A stretch of 33,520 bases of DNA from IMG/VR virus record IMGVR_UViG_3300048574_000224, positions 1-33,520 of that record; one strand, given 5' to 3'. Positions 1 through 9,072 of the stretch are shown one piece after another. The notes under the pieces were generated by a model. The model ran no database searches and was not told the DNA's origin. It saw only the letters and a list, made by a program, of their open reading frames with translations. Within the stretch, counting starts at the first letter, position 1; every line of letters starts with the position of its first letter. This DNA is from a virus (Duplodnaviria; Caudoviricetes). Both the position numbers and the translations under genes were made by a program.

Positions 1-15
1 CCATAGTTGCAATGA

Positions 16-1749
16 TTATGTTTCTAATGCAGCCAATCTTGCTTCAAGATTTTTAAGTTTTGCAACCAACTCAAAATTACCATTACCAGGGGTTCTACTT
101 ACAAAATCAGCTCTATTGCTATAGGGATAATATCCCGATTTATATAAGATATAATCAGCACTGACCGTATAAGGGAATCCATCAGGATAATCAGTAGCAT
201 AGTATGGATAAAAATGTGCTGGTTGTATATGTCTTGTGACAAGTTGATTATCTTTGATTTCAACCTCACAGAATCCCCAAAGATTATTCTGGTATCCAGT
301 TGCAGGCCATTCGTGTGTAGGGTCTGTAAACGATCCGGGATTAAGTTCAAAGTGATCCCCATTTCGAGTTGCACTGTAAATATGGGAATGACCAAACATC
401 AACCCTATTACTTTTTGTTGTGTTCTTACCCATGCAAAAAAAGTAGCATCCAATGTAGAATCAAAATAATGACCACAAATGATTAATTTCTTATCCCCAG
501 ATATCGCGATTATATCTTCCATCCAAGTAAACTCTTCAGTCGTAACAGGTGAATACATTTGTGGAGGATTAGCCCCAAACTGAATATTTTTATATTTATC
601 AAGCATGATAAATATAAAATCATCTGTTTCAAAAGTATATTGTGCTGGCCTACCAATTTTAGCTTGCCAAACACTTCTTTCACACCCATCATGATTTCCA
701 GGTACTGGATAAATGGGTATTCCAATTTGATATGCAAAATCATTTAGCCAAGTATCAATGGACGAAGTATCTTCTACAGAAGACATAGAGATATCGCCAA
801 CTACGATAATAAAGTCATATGCTTTTTTTATATTCTCTACTCCAACATCATCAACAAATTTTTGTAACCGCTGCTTTGCAGTTAATCCTCCGTTTGTAAC
901 CGGAGTTTCGTCAGTAGTATGCACATCTCCACACACAAGAAACCTTAACGGAGATAACAGCCTTTTTAAAACACTATTTGTGTTTGAATATATTCCCTTG
1001 TTTAAATATTCTCCGTAAGGCTCAAACGGTGTTGGCTTAGTTGCTGTAGCCTCAACCTCTTCAAGCATAATATCAAACTCAATATTTGCAACACCGCCAG
1101 AGCCGATATAAAATCGCATCTTGTAATAGTTATAGATTGTAGAAGTAGTAAAAATAGTGTGGTTAGCTTCTGCAATATATGTACTAACATTTACAAGATT
1201 ATCCCAAGGTGTGCCTCCAGTATCAGAATGTACTATAGCGGGAGCATTTATTGGAGAAATATACTTTATGTTCTGAAGGCTTAAACAGTACGTTTTCCCA
1301 ACTTCAAATAAGCCTGAAAGTGTATCTGTCAAATCGAGATTAACCCCTGCTGTTGCTGTGCCAGTGATCTTAACATGATTCTTGTTGATATCAATTGTGA
1401 TTCCGCTATTTGTATAGGATGATTTCATTTTTAAAAGATTTTTGCCTTTTGCCAAGAAGTCTGTTTTTACTCTTGTTATAGCTCCATCTGCTACTGCTGT
1501 AGCTTGGTATGTTCCACCTGCTATCCATGCTGATCCGTTCCAGTAGTACCATTTACCATCAGCAGTTACCACATAAGCTCTCTTTTTACCTTCTGTAGTG
1601 TTTGCTGTAGCGTCAGCACCCAATGCCGTTGTGGTAGCAAATACCGCAGCAGGAGCACCGTTTTCTATATCCTTAAACTGTTGCGACAAATCTGCCGATT
1701 TTGCATTTGCCATGGCCGCAAGCCCGAGCGTTGTCATTTCATTAGACAT
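16..1749 (-). CDS. Probable virion-associated protein: phage N-terminal anchor-type motif plus calcineurin-like metallophosphoesterase domain
   Basis: N-terminal YVVTADGKWYYWNGSAWxAGGxYQ motif seen in Firmicute phage tail/appendage proteins; MPE motifs GDVH, GD, GNHD, GH, GHSH; C-terminal coiled coil. Confidence 0.75.
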   Translation of the reverse strand: MSNEMTTLGLAAMANAKSADLSQQFKDIENGAPAAVFATTTALGADATANTTEGKKRAYVVTADGKWYYWNGSAWIAGGTYQATAVADGAITRVKTDFLAKGKNLLKMKSSYTNSGITIDINKNHVKITGTATAGVNLDLTDTLSGLFEVGKTYCLSLQNIKYISPINAPAIVHSDTGGTPWDNLVNVSTYIAEANHTIFTTSTIYNYYKMRFYIGSGGVANIEFDIMLEEVEATATKPTPFEPYGEYLNKGIYSNTNSVLKRLLSPLRFLVCGDVHTTDETPVTNGGLTAKQRLQKFVDDVGVENIKKAYDFIIVVGDISMSSVEDTSSIDTWLNDFAYQIGIPIYPVPGNHDGCERSVWQAKIGRPAQYTFETDDFIFIMLDKYKNIQFGANPPQMYSPVTTEEFTWMEDIIAISGDKKLIICGHYFDSTLDATFFAWVRTQQKVIGLMFGHSHIYSATRNGDHFELNPGSFTDPTHEWPATGYQNNLWGFCEVEIKDNQLVTRHIQPAHFYPYYATDYPDGFPYTVSADYILYKSGYYPYSNRADFVSRTPGNGNFELVAKLKNLEARLAALET

Positions 1750-1768
1750 TTCAGTTCACTCACCCTTC

Positions 1769-1963
1769 TTAGTACGATATAAATGCAGTTCCCGTCGATA
1801 TATAAATTGCCGTAACTTTTTTCGTGCCAGCGTCAAAAACGGTGAAGGAATCGAAAGCATTTCCGAATTTACCGGCAGCCTCGTTTGCGGCGTGCTGGGT
1901 TGTGGTAACCAGGTAGTCGACGGTCCCTTTGGCCAAATTGCTTTGTTTTGCGGTATACTGCAT
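1769..1963 (-). CDS. Small hypothetical late-region protein (64 aa)
   Basis: AGGAGG RBS before ATG; same strand as structural genes. Confidence 0.7.
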   Translation of the reverse strand: MQYTAKQSNLAKGTVDYLVTTTQHAANEAAGKFGNAFDSFTVFDAGTKKVTAIYISTGTAFISY

Positions 1964-1996
1964 ATAAAATCCTCCTGACGGTTATTTTCAAAACGT

Positions 1997-2019
1997 AAAA
2001 GGGGCATATTACAGCCCCT
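1997..2019 (-). terminator. Putative intrinsic terminator
   Basis: Minus strand GGGGC-8nt-GCCCC-TTTT right after the 2023 stop. Confidence 0.5.
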
Positions 2020-2022
2020 GCA

Positions 2023-2382
2023 TTACGGTTTCTGCCGAATATATATGTTGACTACGCATTGGGTGGCCGCACTGAAGTCGTCGAATACAATTGAAATGTC
2101 GCTTTCGTTTGTGATGCTGGCGCTGGCGGTCTTCAGTTCGTACCCATTCAGGTCATCGGTGCAGCTTGCGACCGTCGTCGTACCTGCTTTGATGTCAATA
2201 CCAGCAGATGCCCCAAGGGCGGCGCCAGTGGCAAAGGAAACCGCTACGATCTCGCCGTGATACGGGAAGCGCCCTACCTTTACCGTTACATTGTCGAAAC
2301 TGCCGGATACTGTGATCGGAACCACTACGGGGTTATCGTTGAGCCTGTAACCTTCCTTGTCCCTGATGTTCAAATCGATCAT
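2023..2382 (-). CDS. Hypothetical beta-rich structural protein (start uncertain)
   Basis: Directly after the capsid gene; Ala/Gly/Thr/Val-rich. Confidence 0.65.
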   Translation of the reverse strand: MIDLNIRDKEGYRLNDNPVVVPITVSGSFDNVTVKVGRFPYHGEIVAVSFATGAALGASAGIDIKAGTTTVASCTDDLNGYELKTASASITNESDISIVFDDFSAATQCVVNIYIRQKP

Positions 2383-2394
2383 CCTTTCCAAATG

Positions 2395-2428
2395 AAGAAA
2401 GGGGAAGGGCACCGGGTCCCGTCCCCTT
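2395..2428 (-). terminator. GC-rich hairpin after the major capsid gene
   Basis: AAGGGGA..GGG..CCC..TCCCCTT followed by TCTT on the minus strand. Confidence 0.5.
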
Positions 2429-2457
2429 GCATCTGATAAGCCGTTGTTTTACCGCTG

Positions 2458-3360
2458 TTACGCGGCTCCGCCCTTGCTGGACACATGCCCGAAACCAGGG
2501 TTGATATGTGCCGCCTTGCGCCTTTCTGTTACCTGGAAGTAGGTATTCAAGGTGTCCTTTTTGTCTACCGTATAACCGTACTTTAAGCCCCTCCGGATCT
2601 GCATGATGACCGACTCAATGTCCTCGTCGATCAGATGATAGTACTTCTGGTTGATGTACCTGTTCCAGATCAGACGCAGTTGGGGTACGGTATTCTTGGT
2701 GTTGCTCTGTTCCATCGCTTTCAGGTTCGAAGCAAGGATCGCCTGCCAGGTTGACATATTGTCTTTGTGAAATAAAATCGCGGCGGCGTCGGTGTCGAAC
2801 AACTCACCGTTATGCCTGTAAATGTGGTTGAATTTGTTGCTGGCGTTGATCAATGCATCCGGTGAAGGAGCAACATTTTCGGCAAGGTTGTCATTGTACA
2901 GCCCAGCGTTATTCTTCAGCGGATGGGTTGCGCTGGCGTAATACACGCCGTCGGCGCCGGTTGTGGTAAAAACGCCATCCCATTGTTCGGCGATATGCTT
3001 TTCCCGGAGCGTCTGCATTGTCCTGGGGAGCTCCTTCTGCTGACCTTCATCGACAACGGCGTAGAGGTCATCCTCCTCTGCTTCCATGGAGAACCAGTAC
3101 CCATTTGCATAAGTCTCGTTCACCACGGTCGTCTGGTATGCCTGTTCCAGTTTGCCGTACTGGATGGGGGCCTCCTCTTCCTTCAGGTGCGCCGGCTTAA
3201 GGTTGCCTATGCTATCATAGGTTTCCTTTGCCTTCTTGGAATCGGTTATCGAGGAGCACGATCTCCACTGTTCCTTTTTGGCCGGTTTGAGGTTCGCCCG
3301 GAAAATTTTTGCCTGCCCTGCTGCAAGCATACGGGATATATCGGATCGTCTCATTGCCAT
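2458..3360 (-). CDS. Major capsid protein (Mu gpT-like / HK97 fold)
   Basis: 300 aa after scaffold and decoration genes; TYANGY.FSMEAEEDDLY and TGADG...SATHPL motifs typical of this capsid family. Confidence 0.8.
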   Translation of the reverse strand: MAMRRSDISRMLAAGQAKIFRANLKPAKKEQWRSCSSITDSKKAKETYDSIGNLKPAHLKEEEAPIQYGKLEQAYQTTVVNETYANGYWFSMEAEEDDLYAVVDEGQQKELPRTMQTLREKHIAEQWDGVFTTTGADGVYYASATHPLKNNAGLYNDNLAENVAPSPDALINASNKFNHIYRHNGELFDTDAAAILFHKDNMSTWQAILASNLKAMEQSNTKNTVPQLRLIWNRYINQKYYHLIDEDIESVIMQIRRGLKYGYTVDKKDTLNTYFQVTERRKAAHINPGFGHVSSKGGAA

Positions 3361-3397
3361 GATTCATTCAGTCTCCTTCCTTGCGTATTGATTCCTC

Positions 3398-3796
3398 TTA
3401 CCAGTACATTGCGGCTCTGGGAATCACAAAGTCGATTGTGCTGTTCGAATTGTCGTAGCCCTGGCACACGCAGATACCGCCGGTCGTATCGTCCAGGTTA
3501 ACATCGTTTTCGTCGGAAAGGTCAAACACTTTCCCGATATCGGCGTCCGCCAGCGATGTCTTTGTGGATCCAACGTAGTGGGATCTGATCAGGGCGCCGG
3601 GTTCAGGAACTGCTATTTTCGCTTCTGCCGCCGCGTCAACGGTTTCCAGAAAAATCCCGAGTACCGTCGCCGCCGAGGGAGCCGCTGCCGCTTTAACCGC
3701 CGTCGCCGAGCTCACGACCGCCAGGTCCCCTTTGACGCCCCCGCCTGTGCCGGCTATCATCCTGCGTATGTTGTAGCCCTTGGATATGACTTCCAT
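3398..3796 (-). CDS. Probable capsid decoration/cement protein
   Basis: 132 aa, Ala/Gly-rich, KGDL.V....AVKA.....VLGIF pattern; lies between scaffold and capsid. Confidence 0.6.
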   Translation of the reverse strand: MEVISKGYNIRRMIAGTGGGVKGDLAVVSSATAVKAAAAPSAATVLGIFLETVDAAAEAKIAVPEPGALIRSHYVGSTKTSLADADIGKVFDLSDENDVNLDDTTGGICVCQGYDNSNSTIDFVIPRAAMYW

Positions 3797-3810
3797 AATA
3801 TCACCACTCC

Positions 3811-4785
3811 TTACCTGTCGTAAAAATCACCCATGATGCTTGCGAAAGCTTTCCTTGTAAAGGAAGGATCCTTCCTCCGCATCTCTTTGAAAATCCTTTC
3901 GTCCTGCTTCGAAAGCACAATGGAATCCTCTTTCTTCGAGGTTCCTGCAGCCGTGGCTGGCGCCGGCTTTCTTTCGTTCTTTTTTTGTTTGTCCAGGAGC
4001 GCGAGCTGCTCATCGTTCGTCCGACGCTCCTTAGCCTTCGGCTGTCCGTATTTTGCCCGATACGCCTCTTCCAGGGTAAGGCCAGCCCTCTGGGCAATCG
4101 GTTTGAGGATGGAAAGTTTGCTGCGGATATCGGTGTATCCCTTTTCCTCCAGACGCTCGACCTGGATGTCAAAATCCCTATCGGACGCCTTCCTCGCTTC
4201 GATTTTCTCTTCCGCCATTATCCTGGCCCGCCGCTTGGCTTTTTCCTCGTCAATGCCTTCCTCAATCAGCTCAGCCTCGATCCGGGCGGCAAGCTTGTCG
4301 GTTTCTGTCTCGTACTCGCGTTCCCTCAGGCTCCTTTCAAAGGAATCAAGCCGGGCCTTCAGTTCCTTGTTCTCGTTCTTGAGAGCAATGATCGCGCCCG
4401 TCTTTTTATCCTTCTCTGCCGGCTTTGCGCCGGAATCTGCGCCCTTCTTACCGTGCGAATCCTTCCGGCTCTTTTTGTCTTCCGGTTCATCGCCATCGTC
4501 GTCGGGATCTTCAGGATCTTCATCATCGTCAGGGTCCGGATCCTCTTCTTCCTCCTGATCCGGATCCACCTCAATGTCGTCCTTCTCATCATCCGGATCT
4601 TCGTCATCAGAGTCCTCGTCATCGTCATCGTCCTCATCGGAATCCTCTGCGTCGTCATCATCATCCGAACCGGAATCAAGGTCCAATTCATCCCTTAACG
4701 CCTTAAGTTCCTCCGCGGACAGACCATCGGCCTTATCCCTTTTCTTTTTTCCGAAGAGCTGCAGATTTATTTTCCAAAGTGCCAT
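3811..4785 (-). CDS. Capsid scaffolding protein with N-terminal NLQLF motif
   Basis: Very acidic low-complexity N-terminal half, coiled-coil C-terminal half, position upstream of capsid, AAGGAG RBS. Confidence 0.8.
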   Translation of the reverse strand: MALWKINLQLFGKKKRDKADGLSAEELKALRDELDLDSGSDDDDDAEDSDEDDDDDEDSDDEDPDDEKDDIEVDPDQEEEEDPDPDDDEDPEDPDDDGDEPEDKKSRKDSHGKKGADSGAKPAEKDKKTGAIIALKNENKELKARLDSFERSLREREYETETDKLAARIEAELIEEGIDEEKAKRRARIMAEEKIEARKASDRDFDIQVERLEEKGYTDIRSKLSILKPIAQRAGLTLEEAYRAKYGQPKAKERRTNDEQLALLDKQKKNERKPAPATAAGTSKKEDSIVLSKQDERIFKEMRRKDPSFTRKAFASIMGDFYDR

Positions 4786-4945
4786 AGGAACACGCTCCTT
4801 TGTTTTATAGTAGAGTTGTCTCTCTCGAAGAATGGCCGTATCGTGGCCTTCGGTATACGGTTATATCGCAGCGTTGTCTCGCTCCAGGTGGCTATTGCCA
4901 CGTTTCACTATCATTGTAGCATGGGTTAAAAAAAGCAGTAAAAAA
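4786..4945 (-). promoter_or_regulatory. Putative late promoter (TG-c-TACAAT, -10 at 4913-4918) and multi-hairpin leader of the scaffold gene
   Basis: Extended -10 preceded by two T-tracts; hairpins at 4888-4901, 4870-4883, 4826-4852 and 4812-4825. Confidence 0.55.
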
Positions 4946-4963
4946 GCCCCGCCGAAGCAGGGC
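4940..4963 (-). terminator. Intrinsic terminator
   Basis: Minus strand GCCCTGC-TTCG-GCGGGGC-TTTTTT. Confidence 0.8.
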
Positions 4964-4976
4964 CGAAAATGCGGAA

Positions 4977-5366
4977 CTATCCAATTATGTCGGTTGCGTA
5001 TGTCCGGATATATTCCAAAAGCTCCTTCCTTGTAGCTTCATCCGGAATATTAAGCCTGGCCTCCAGCTCCTCCCGGCTGTCGGCCGGTGCGCTGGCAATC
5101 GCCTTTCTTTTGACGGTCTCCGCGATATCCCGGAGGGTCCTGGCGACCGCCTTTACGCTGTCGAGATCAACAAAAATGTCAATCACATCCTCCTGATTCT
5201 GCTCCATGCAAAGAAACAACCCATCAGCTGTCCGGCCGAACCTCGTCACTCTCCCCCCATAAAACCGGTCCGCCGGGAATGGGCAAGCAACCACTCCCCT
5301 TGTGACATCATTGTAAGAGTACTTTTTTCCACCCAGCACGGTGGTGTTCATAAGAATCCCTTTCAT
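4977..5366 (-). CDS. Hypothetical phage protein
   Basis: GGAGG RBS; in operon. Confidence 0.7.
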   Translation of the reverse strand: MKGILMNTTVLGGKKYSYNDVTRGVVACPFPADRFYGGRVTRFGRTADGLFLCMEQNQEDVIDIFVDLDSVKAVARTLRDIAETVKRKAIASAPADSREELEARLNIPDEATRKELLEYIRTYATDIIG

Positions 5367-5377
5367 TTGAATCCTCC

Positions 5378-5839
5378 TTATCGTGAAATTATTATATCTT
5401 CCGGGCCAGGTTCCGCATCGTCCCCGTTTTCCTCGATGACAATCCGGTCAACTGCCCCAGTGTAATCAATCCCCTGCCGGCGGAGCGCTTCATAAATATT
5501 CCGGATTTTGAGCTCCTTTTCGAACCACTCCTCGACGGTGACGGGCTCCGCGGTTACTGTTCCACAGTACCAGCAGTACGCACTCCCCGGAGGGATATGG
5601 TGCCAACTCGCCCACCGTTCGCAATGGCTGCATACAGGAAGCTCAAACGGATCCCCGGACATGGCATAGGCATTCTTTATAAATGCCAGCAGTTCCGCTT
5701 TTTGCATCAAGAGGTGTTGCTTAACGTTCTTTGCCGTCGGGGATATTTCCTGGAGTTTATCCAGCATGAGCATGTGGGTGTGATCCGGCTTCTCCCAATT
5801 GTGTTTTACCCTGTGCTTCCGTGGTATTTTATACAGCAA
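5378..5839 (-). CDS. Hypothetical protein with CxxC...CxxC zinc ribbon
   Basis: CSHC and CWYC; overlaps the portal stop. Confidence 0.7.
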   Translation of the reverse strand: MLYKIPRKHRVKHNWEKPDHTHMLMLDKLQEISPTAKNVKQHLLMQKAELLAFIKNAYAMSGDPFELPVCSHCERWASWHHIPPGSAYCWYCGTVTAEPVTVEEWFEKELKIRNIYEALRRQGIDYTGAVDRIVIEENGDDAEPGPEDIIISR

Positions 5840-7913
5840 CCCGGTTCCCTCCTATCGTCTCACCAGGCACACTCGGGCTGTTATTCACCTGCCGCGGGCC
5901 TCCCTGCTGTGCCTGCCCCATACCGCCCTGGGCCATAGTCTGCCGAATCATGTTCATAAATTGCTGTTCCTGCGGGTTCTGCGTCGGTCGGTCATCGTCG
6001 AGGTCGATACCCAATAGGTCGGAAAGCATTTTCTTGACCTTTTCATATGTCAGGACGGACCGGGGCATTCCGGTCATTTCATCCGGTACCTGAAGTTTGG
6101 CCAGGGACAAGATGATGTTGTACAGGGCAACCTTGTTCGTCGGAAGGCCTTCCCCGATGGAACAGGTAATGTCGAATTCCACCTGCTTGTACTGTGGAAT
6201 CCTTTTTTTGAGCTTTCCGGTGCCGGGCTGCTCGTTTTCCAGATCCTCTTCCCCTTCAGGTGCCGTATTCTCTTCGCGGTGCAGCTGCATGAACCGCGGG
6301 GGCTTCACTTCGCCGATCTGCTCCAATCCGGAATCAATCCTATGCTGTCGCTCCGCTTTCCAGCTATCGACATAATTGCTGTCGGCCGGAACAAGCACGG
6401 GTACTCGGGAAAGCTCCCTGGCGTCGATCCACTCGAAGTCGTCATTCTCGGACACTCGGAAAGCCTTTGCTGCATCCCACTTCTCCATCATGAGGCATAG
6501 ACTATACTCTCCAACGTCGGCCAGAGTGTCGGACAAGTCCGCCTTTTTGTCATCCATGCCGCGCTCCGCTTCCTGCATTTCTATGCCTGCCTGCCGGGCG
6601 GTCATATCGCGGCCGGTATTGGTCCCCGTCTTAAGAGAGGAAAAGCGTACCACACGCTGGGCCTCCTGAATAACAAGGGCGATGAGGTTGAATACTACGG
6701 AATTCATTCCCTTTCCGGCGGATTCTTTTATATTTGTGTTCGGGTTTCTGGCCGGTATAGGATTCCTTGGATCGCGCTTGCCGGCGGCGAAGTCGTCAGG
6801 ATCAACCTGAGCGCCTGGATCGATGAATGTGGCTGTCTGTGCCGAATGCCGGCAGGCAATAACGCATTCGTTCCACAGATTATTCAAAAGATACTGCAGG
6901 CGCATCAGAAGTTTTCCATCGCTGAAGCCGTATATGCTGCCCTCGCTTTCGTATAGAACAGTTAGCATATAAGGATATTTGTTTCGCACCATGCCATAAT
7001 ACGGTTTCATGGGATCGCTCTCCGTGATCATGATCCCACATTTGCTCAGCTCAATTAGTTGCAGGTATCCATTTTTATTGTTGCGGCTCCAGATGTGCAG
7101 CAGGGTGAAGGAATCCTGATCATCTCCGCTGATCTCGCCGTCGAAGTCTGGTTCGCTATTGCCAAGCTGGATCGCATCTGCAATATTGTCCATGGTGAAC
7201 TTGCTGTTTACCGGCTTGCGCTCCGTATCATGCCGGAGGGCCATGATGGACACCAGGCCGATTTCCTCAATAATAAAGTCGGCTTCCTGGATGCGCATGA
7301 AATCTTTGATCTTTCCGTCTACAAAAACTTTGGTCGGAGAAGGGCAGGTGATCTTCGGCATGCCGAATCCGTCCAGAGCCGCCGGATCCCATACTACTTT
7401 GAACCACGCTGTTCCGATGTACCCGCGGCGCCGGCGCTCGTGACGCTTGATCAGCTTCCGGATCTTGTTCTGGCGAAAGGCCCAGGTAGCGAGGATCTCG
7501 CCGGTCCTTGCAAATTGGTGGTCGCTGTATCCCTGTCCCTTGCAAGTAACCTGGGGATCAATGTCAAGCGTTTGGATCTGTCCCTCCACGGTAGGGTTGA
7601 TGATTGGAATGAAGCAGTTCGGGTCGTCGTCGTTTTCCGGAATGTCAGTGTCCGCTCGGTAAAGCTTCTGGAGCTCCTCCCATTCCTCTTTGCGCTCTCC
7701 CATCTCCGCCACGAGGGTATTGTAGTGTTCCAGGTAGAAATCGGCGCGCTTGATCTGTTCGGGTGTCATGATCTCCTGGCGGAGGTCGGTAAAGCCCTTG
7801 TCCGTATTCTGCTCGTATTTGTCCTCGTATATCTCATCCTGCTTTTCGTATCTGGAGATAACCCGGGACGTTTCCGCCGCCTTGCTCCGTCCGTTGTTAA
7901 ACCACAGTTTCAA
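5829..7913 (-). CDS. Portal protein (large, P22/podovirus-like)
   Basis: 694 aa between terminase and scaffold; PIINPTVEGQI and G.AWFKVVWD patterns, TAR...MQEA, Gln/Gly-rich tail. Confidence 0.8.
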   Translation of the reverse strand: MKLWFNNGRSKAAETSRVISRYEKQDEIYEDKYEQNTDKGFTDLRQEIMTPEQIKRADFYLEHYNTLVAEMGERKEEWEELQKLYRADTDIPENDDDPNCFIPIINPTVEGQIQTLDIDPQVTCKGQGYSDHQFARTGEILATWAFRQNKIRKLIKRHERRRRGYIGTAWFKVVWDPAALDGFGMPKITCPSPTKVFVDGKIKDFMRIQEADFIIEEIGLVSIMALRHDTERKPVNSKFTMDNIADAIQLGNSEPDFDGEISGDDQDSFTLLHIWSRNNKNGYLQLIELSKCGIMITESDPMKPYYGMVRNKYPYMLTVLYESEGSIYGFSDGKLLMRLQYLLNNLWNECVIACRHSAQTATFIDPGAQVDPDDFAAGKRDPRNPIPARNPNTNIKESAGKGMNSVVFNLIALVIQEAQRVVRFSSLKTGTNTGRDMTARQAGIEMQEAERGMDDKKADLSDTLADVGEYSLCLMMEKWDAAKAFRVSENDDFEWIDARELSRVPVLVPADSNYVDSWKAERQHRIDSGLEQIGEVKPPRFMQLHREENTAPEGEEDLENEQPGTGKLKKRIPQYKQVEFDITCSIGEGLPTNKVALYNIILSLAKLQVPDEMTGMPRSVLTYEKVKKMLSDLLGIDLDDDRPTQNPQEQQFMNMIRQTMAQGGMGQAQQGGPRQVNNSPSVPGETIGGNRVAV

Positions 7914-8104
7914 TCGTCTTCATCCTCCTCGCCATTGTTACGGTACCGTATCATGTTCCGATAGGAAAGCAGCCCGTCCTTGCCTTCCAGGGGACTCTTT
8001 TCCGTCCTGCTCGCGCCGATCCGCCGCATTACGATGTCCAGTTGTGTCCCAACCAGCACGCCGGCAGCAAATATGGAAGCACCCACAATCATTGCTATAG
8101 CCAT
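7910..8104 (-). CDS. Small protein with N-terminal hydrophobic helix
   Basis: GAGGTG RBS; MAIAMIVGASIFAAGVLVG. Confidence 0.6.
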   Translation of the reverse strand: MAIAMIVGASIFAAGVLVGTQLDIVMRRIGASRTEKSPLEGKDGLLSYRNMIRYRNNGEEDEDD

Positions 8105-8111
8105 AAGCACC

Positions 8112-8303
8112 TCACGTATTTTCCGCAGCGTCCTGTAGGGCCTTGAGCTGCTCATTGATTACCGTCTTTGCCCGTTTCAGGCGCTTCTTGTCCTTCCGGA
8201 TCTCCATTGCCTCCCGGAGGGTGCGGGCATCGCTCTCCGCTTTCCAGCGCTCTTCATCCTTTATGTACTGAGCTTTCGCATACCTGGCCGATGTCTTCGC
8301 CAT
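8112..8303 (-). CDS. Small basic helical phage protein
   Basis: W.AESDARTL.EA.EI..DK.RL pattern; in operon. Confidence 0.65.
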   Translation of the reverse strand: MAKTSARYAKAQYIKDEERWKAESDARTLREAMEIRKDKKRLKRAKTVINEQLKALQDAAENT

Positions 8304-8351
8304 GTCTCTCATCTGCCTTTCTTTTTAACTTTCTTCGGGATCGCTTCAGAC

Positions 8352-8789
8352 TTACACAGCATTCTGCGGTGCCTCCTCCGGGAAGAAATGGGTAACAGGA
8401 TATACTTTGCAAAAAATTCTCGCGAGATTATCGGTAGCTTGTTCGTAATATGCTGTCAACATGTTTTCTTCCTTGTTGTTTGCCGCCTCATCTTTCACAT
8501 AATCAAGCATCGATCTTGCATGATACCGCCAGTCATTAGTGACAAGGTGGTATAACTCATGAACAAGAGTTTCATACCATTCATTAATCTGGTCGCTGTC
8601 TTTGTTTATATAGATGTGCGCATAATTGACCTGTAGATTGTTGTCGCAGGCTCCTACATTCTCGCCGCCCGTCAGAACTTTCATCCGGTACTTGTCGCAG
8701 TAATCAAATTCTATCTCCCAGTTCGATATTCGCAATATCGGCTGGAGCTCTCTAATCATTTCATTGATCTTTTCTCGGGATGGTAGCAT
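8352..8789 (-). CDS. HExxH metallopeptidase-like protein
   Basis: TLVHELYH; GGAGG RBS. Confidence 0.65.
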   Translation of the reverse strand: MLPSREKINEMIRELQPILRISNWEIEFDYCDKYRMKVLTGGENVGACDNNLQVNYAHIYINKDSDQINEWYETLVHELYHLVTNDWRYHARSMLDYVKDEAANNKEENMLTAYYEQATDNLARIFCKVYPVTHFFPEEAPQNAV

Positions 8790-8799
8790 AGCGCCCTCC

Positions 8800-9072
8800 T
8801 CAGTTTTCTACGATGATCTTGCTCTTGGGGTTGTAATAGGTGATACTCACGATAAAGTTGGGATTGATCTCCACCCGGTCGGCAAACTCGCCGTTGCACA
8901 GGGGATGCTCCAGGACAAGCGTCTCCTCCGTGTCCAAGGTAACGCCGGTGTCGTCCGTGAAAATATGGTCCTTTAATGTGTTGATGATGGCCCCGCCACG
9001 CTCCCGGATATACTGGTCCATCATCGACTGCGTGGGCTGCCTGCCATTGAAGTGATCGTAAACCTTGCTCAT
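8800..9072 (-). CDS. Hypothetical phage protein
   Basis: ATGA-type coupling to the terL stop. Confidence 0.7.
   Translation of the reverse strand: MSKVYDHFNGRQPTQSMMDQYIRERGGAIINTLKDHIFTDDTGVTLDTEETLVLEHPLCNGEFADRVEINPNFIVSITYYNPKSKIIVEN

Noticed and set aside
16-1749. Diversity-generating retroelement target
   Set aside because: No reverse transcriptase or template/variable repeat pair seen in the window
3833-4810. Long plus-strand ORFs and repeat-like DNA over the scaffold gene
   Set aside because: Antisense shadows of Asp/Glu low-complexity coding; no RBS or motifs
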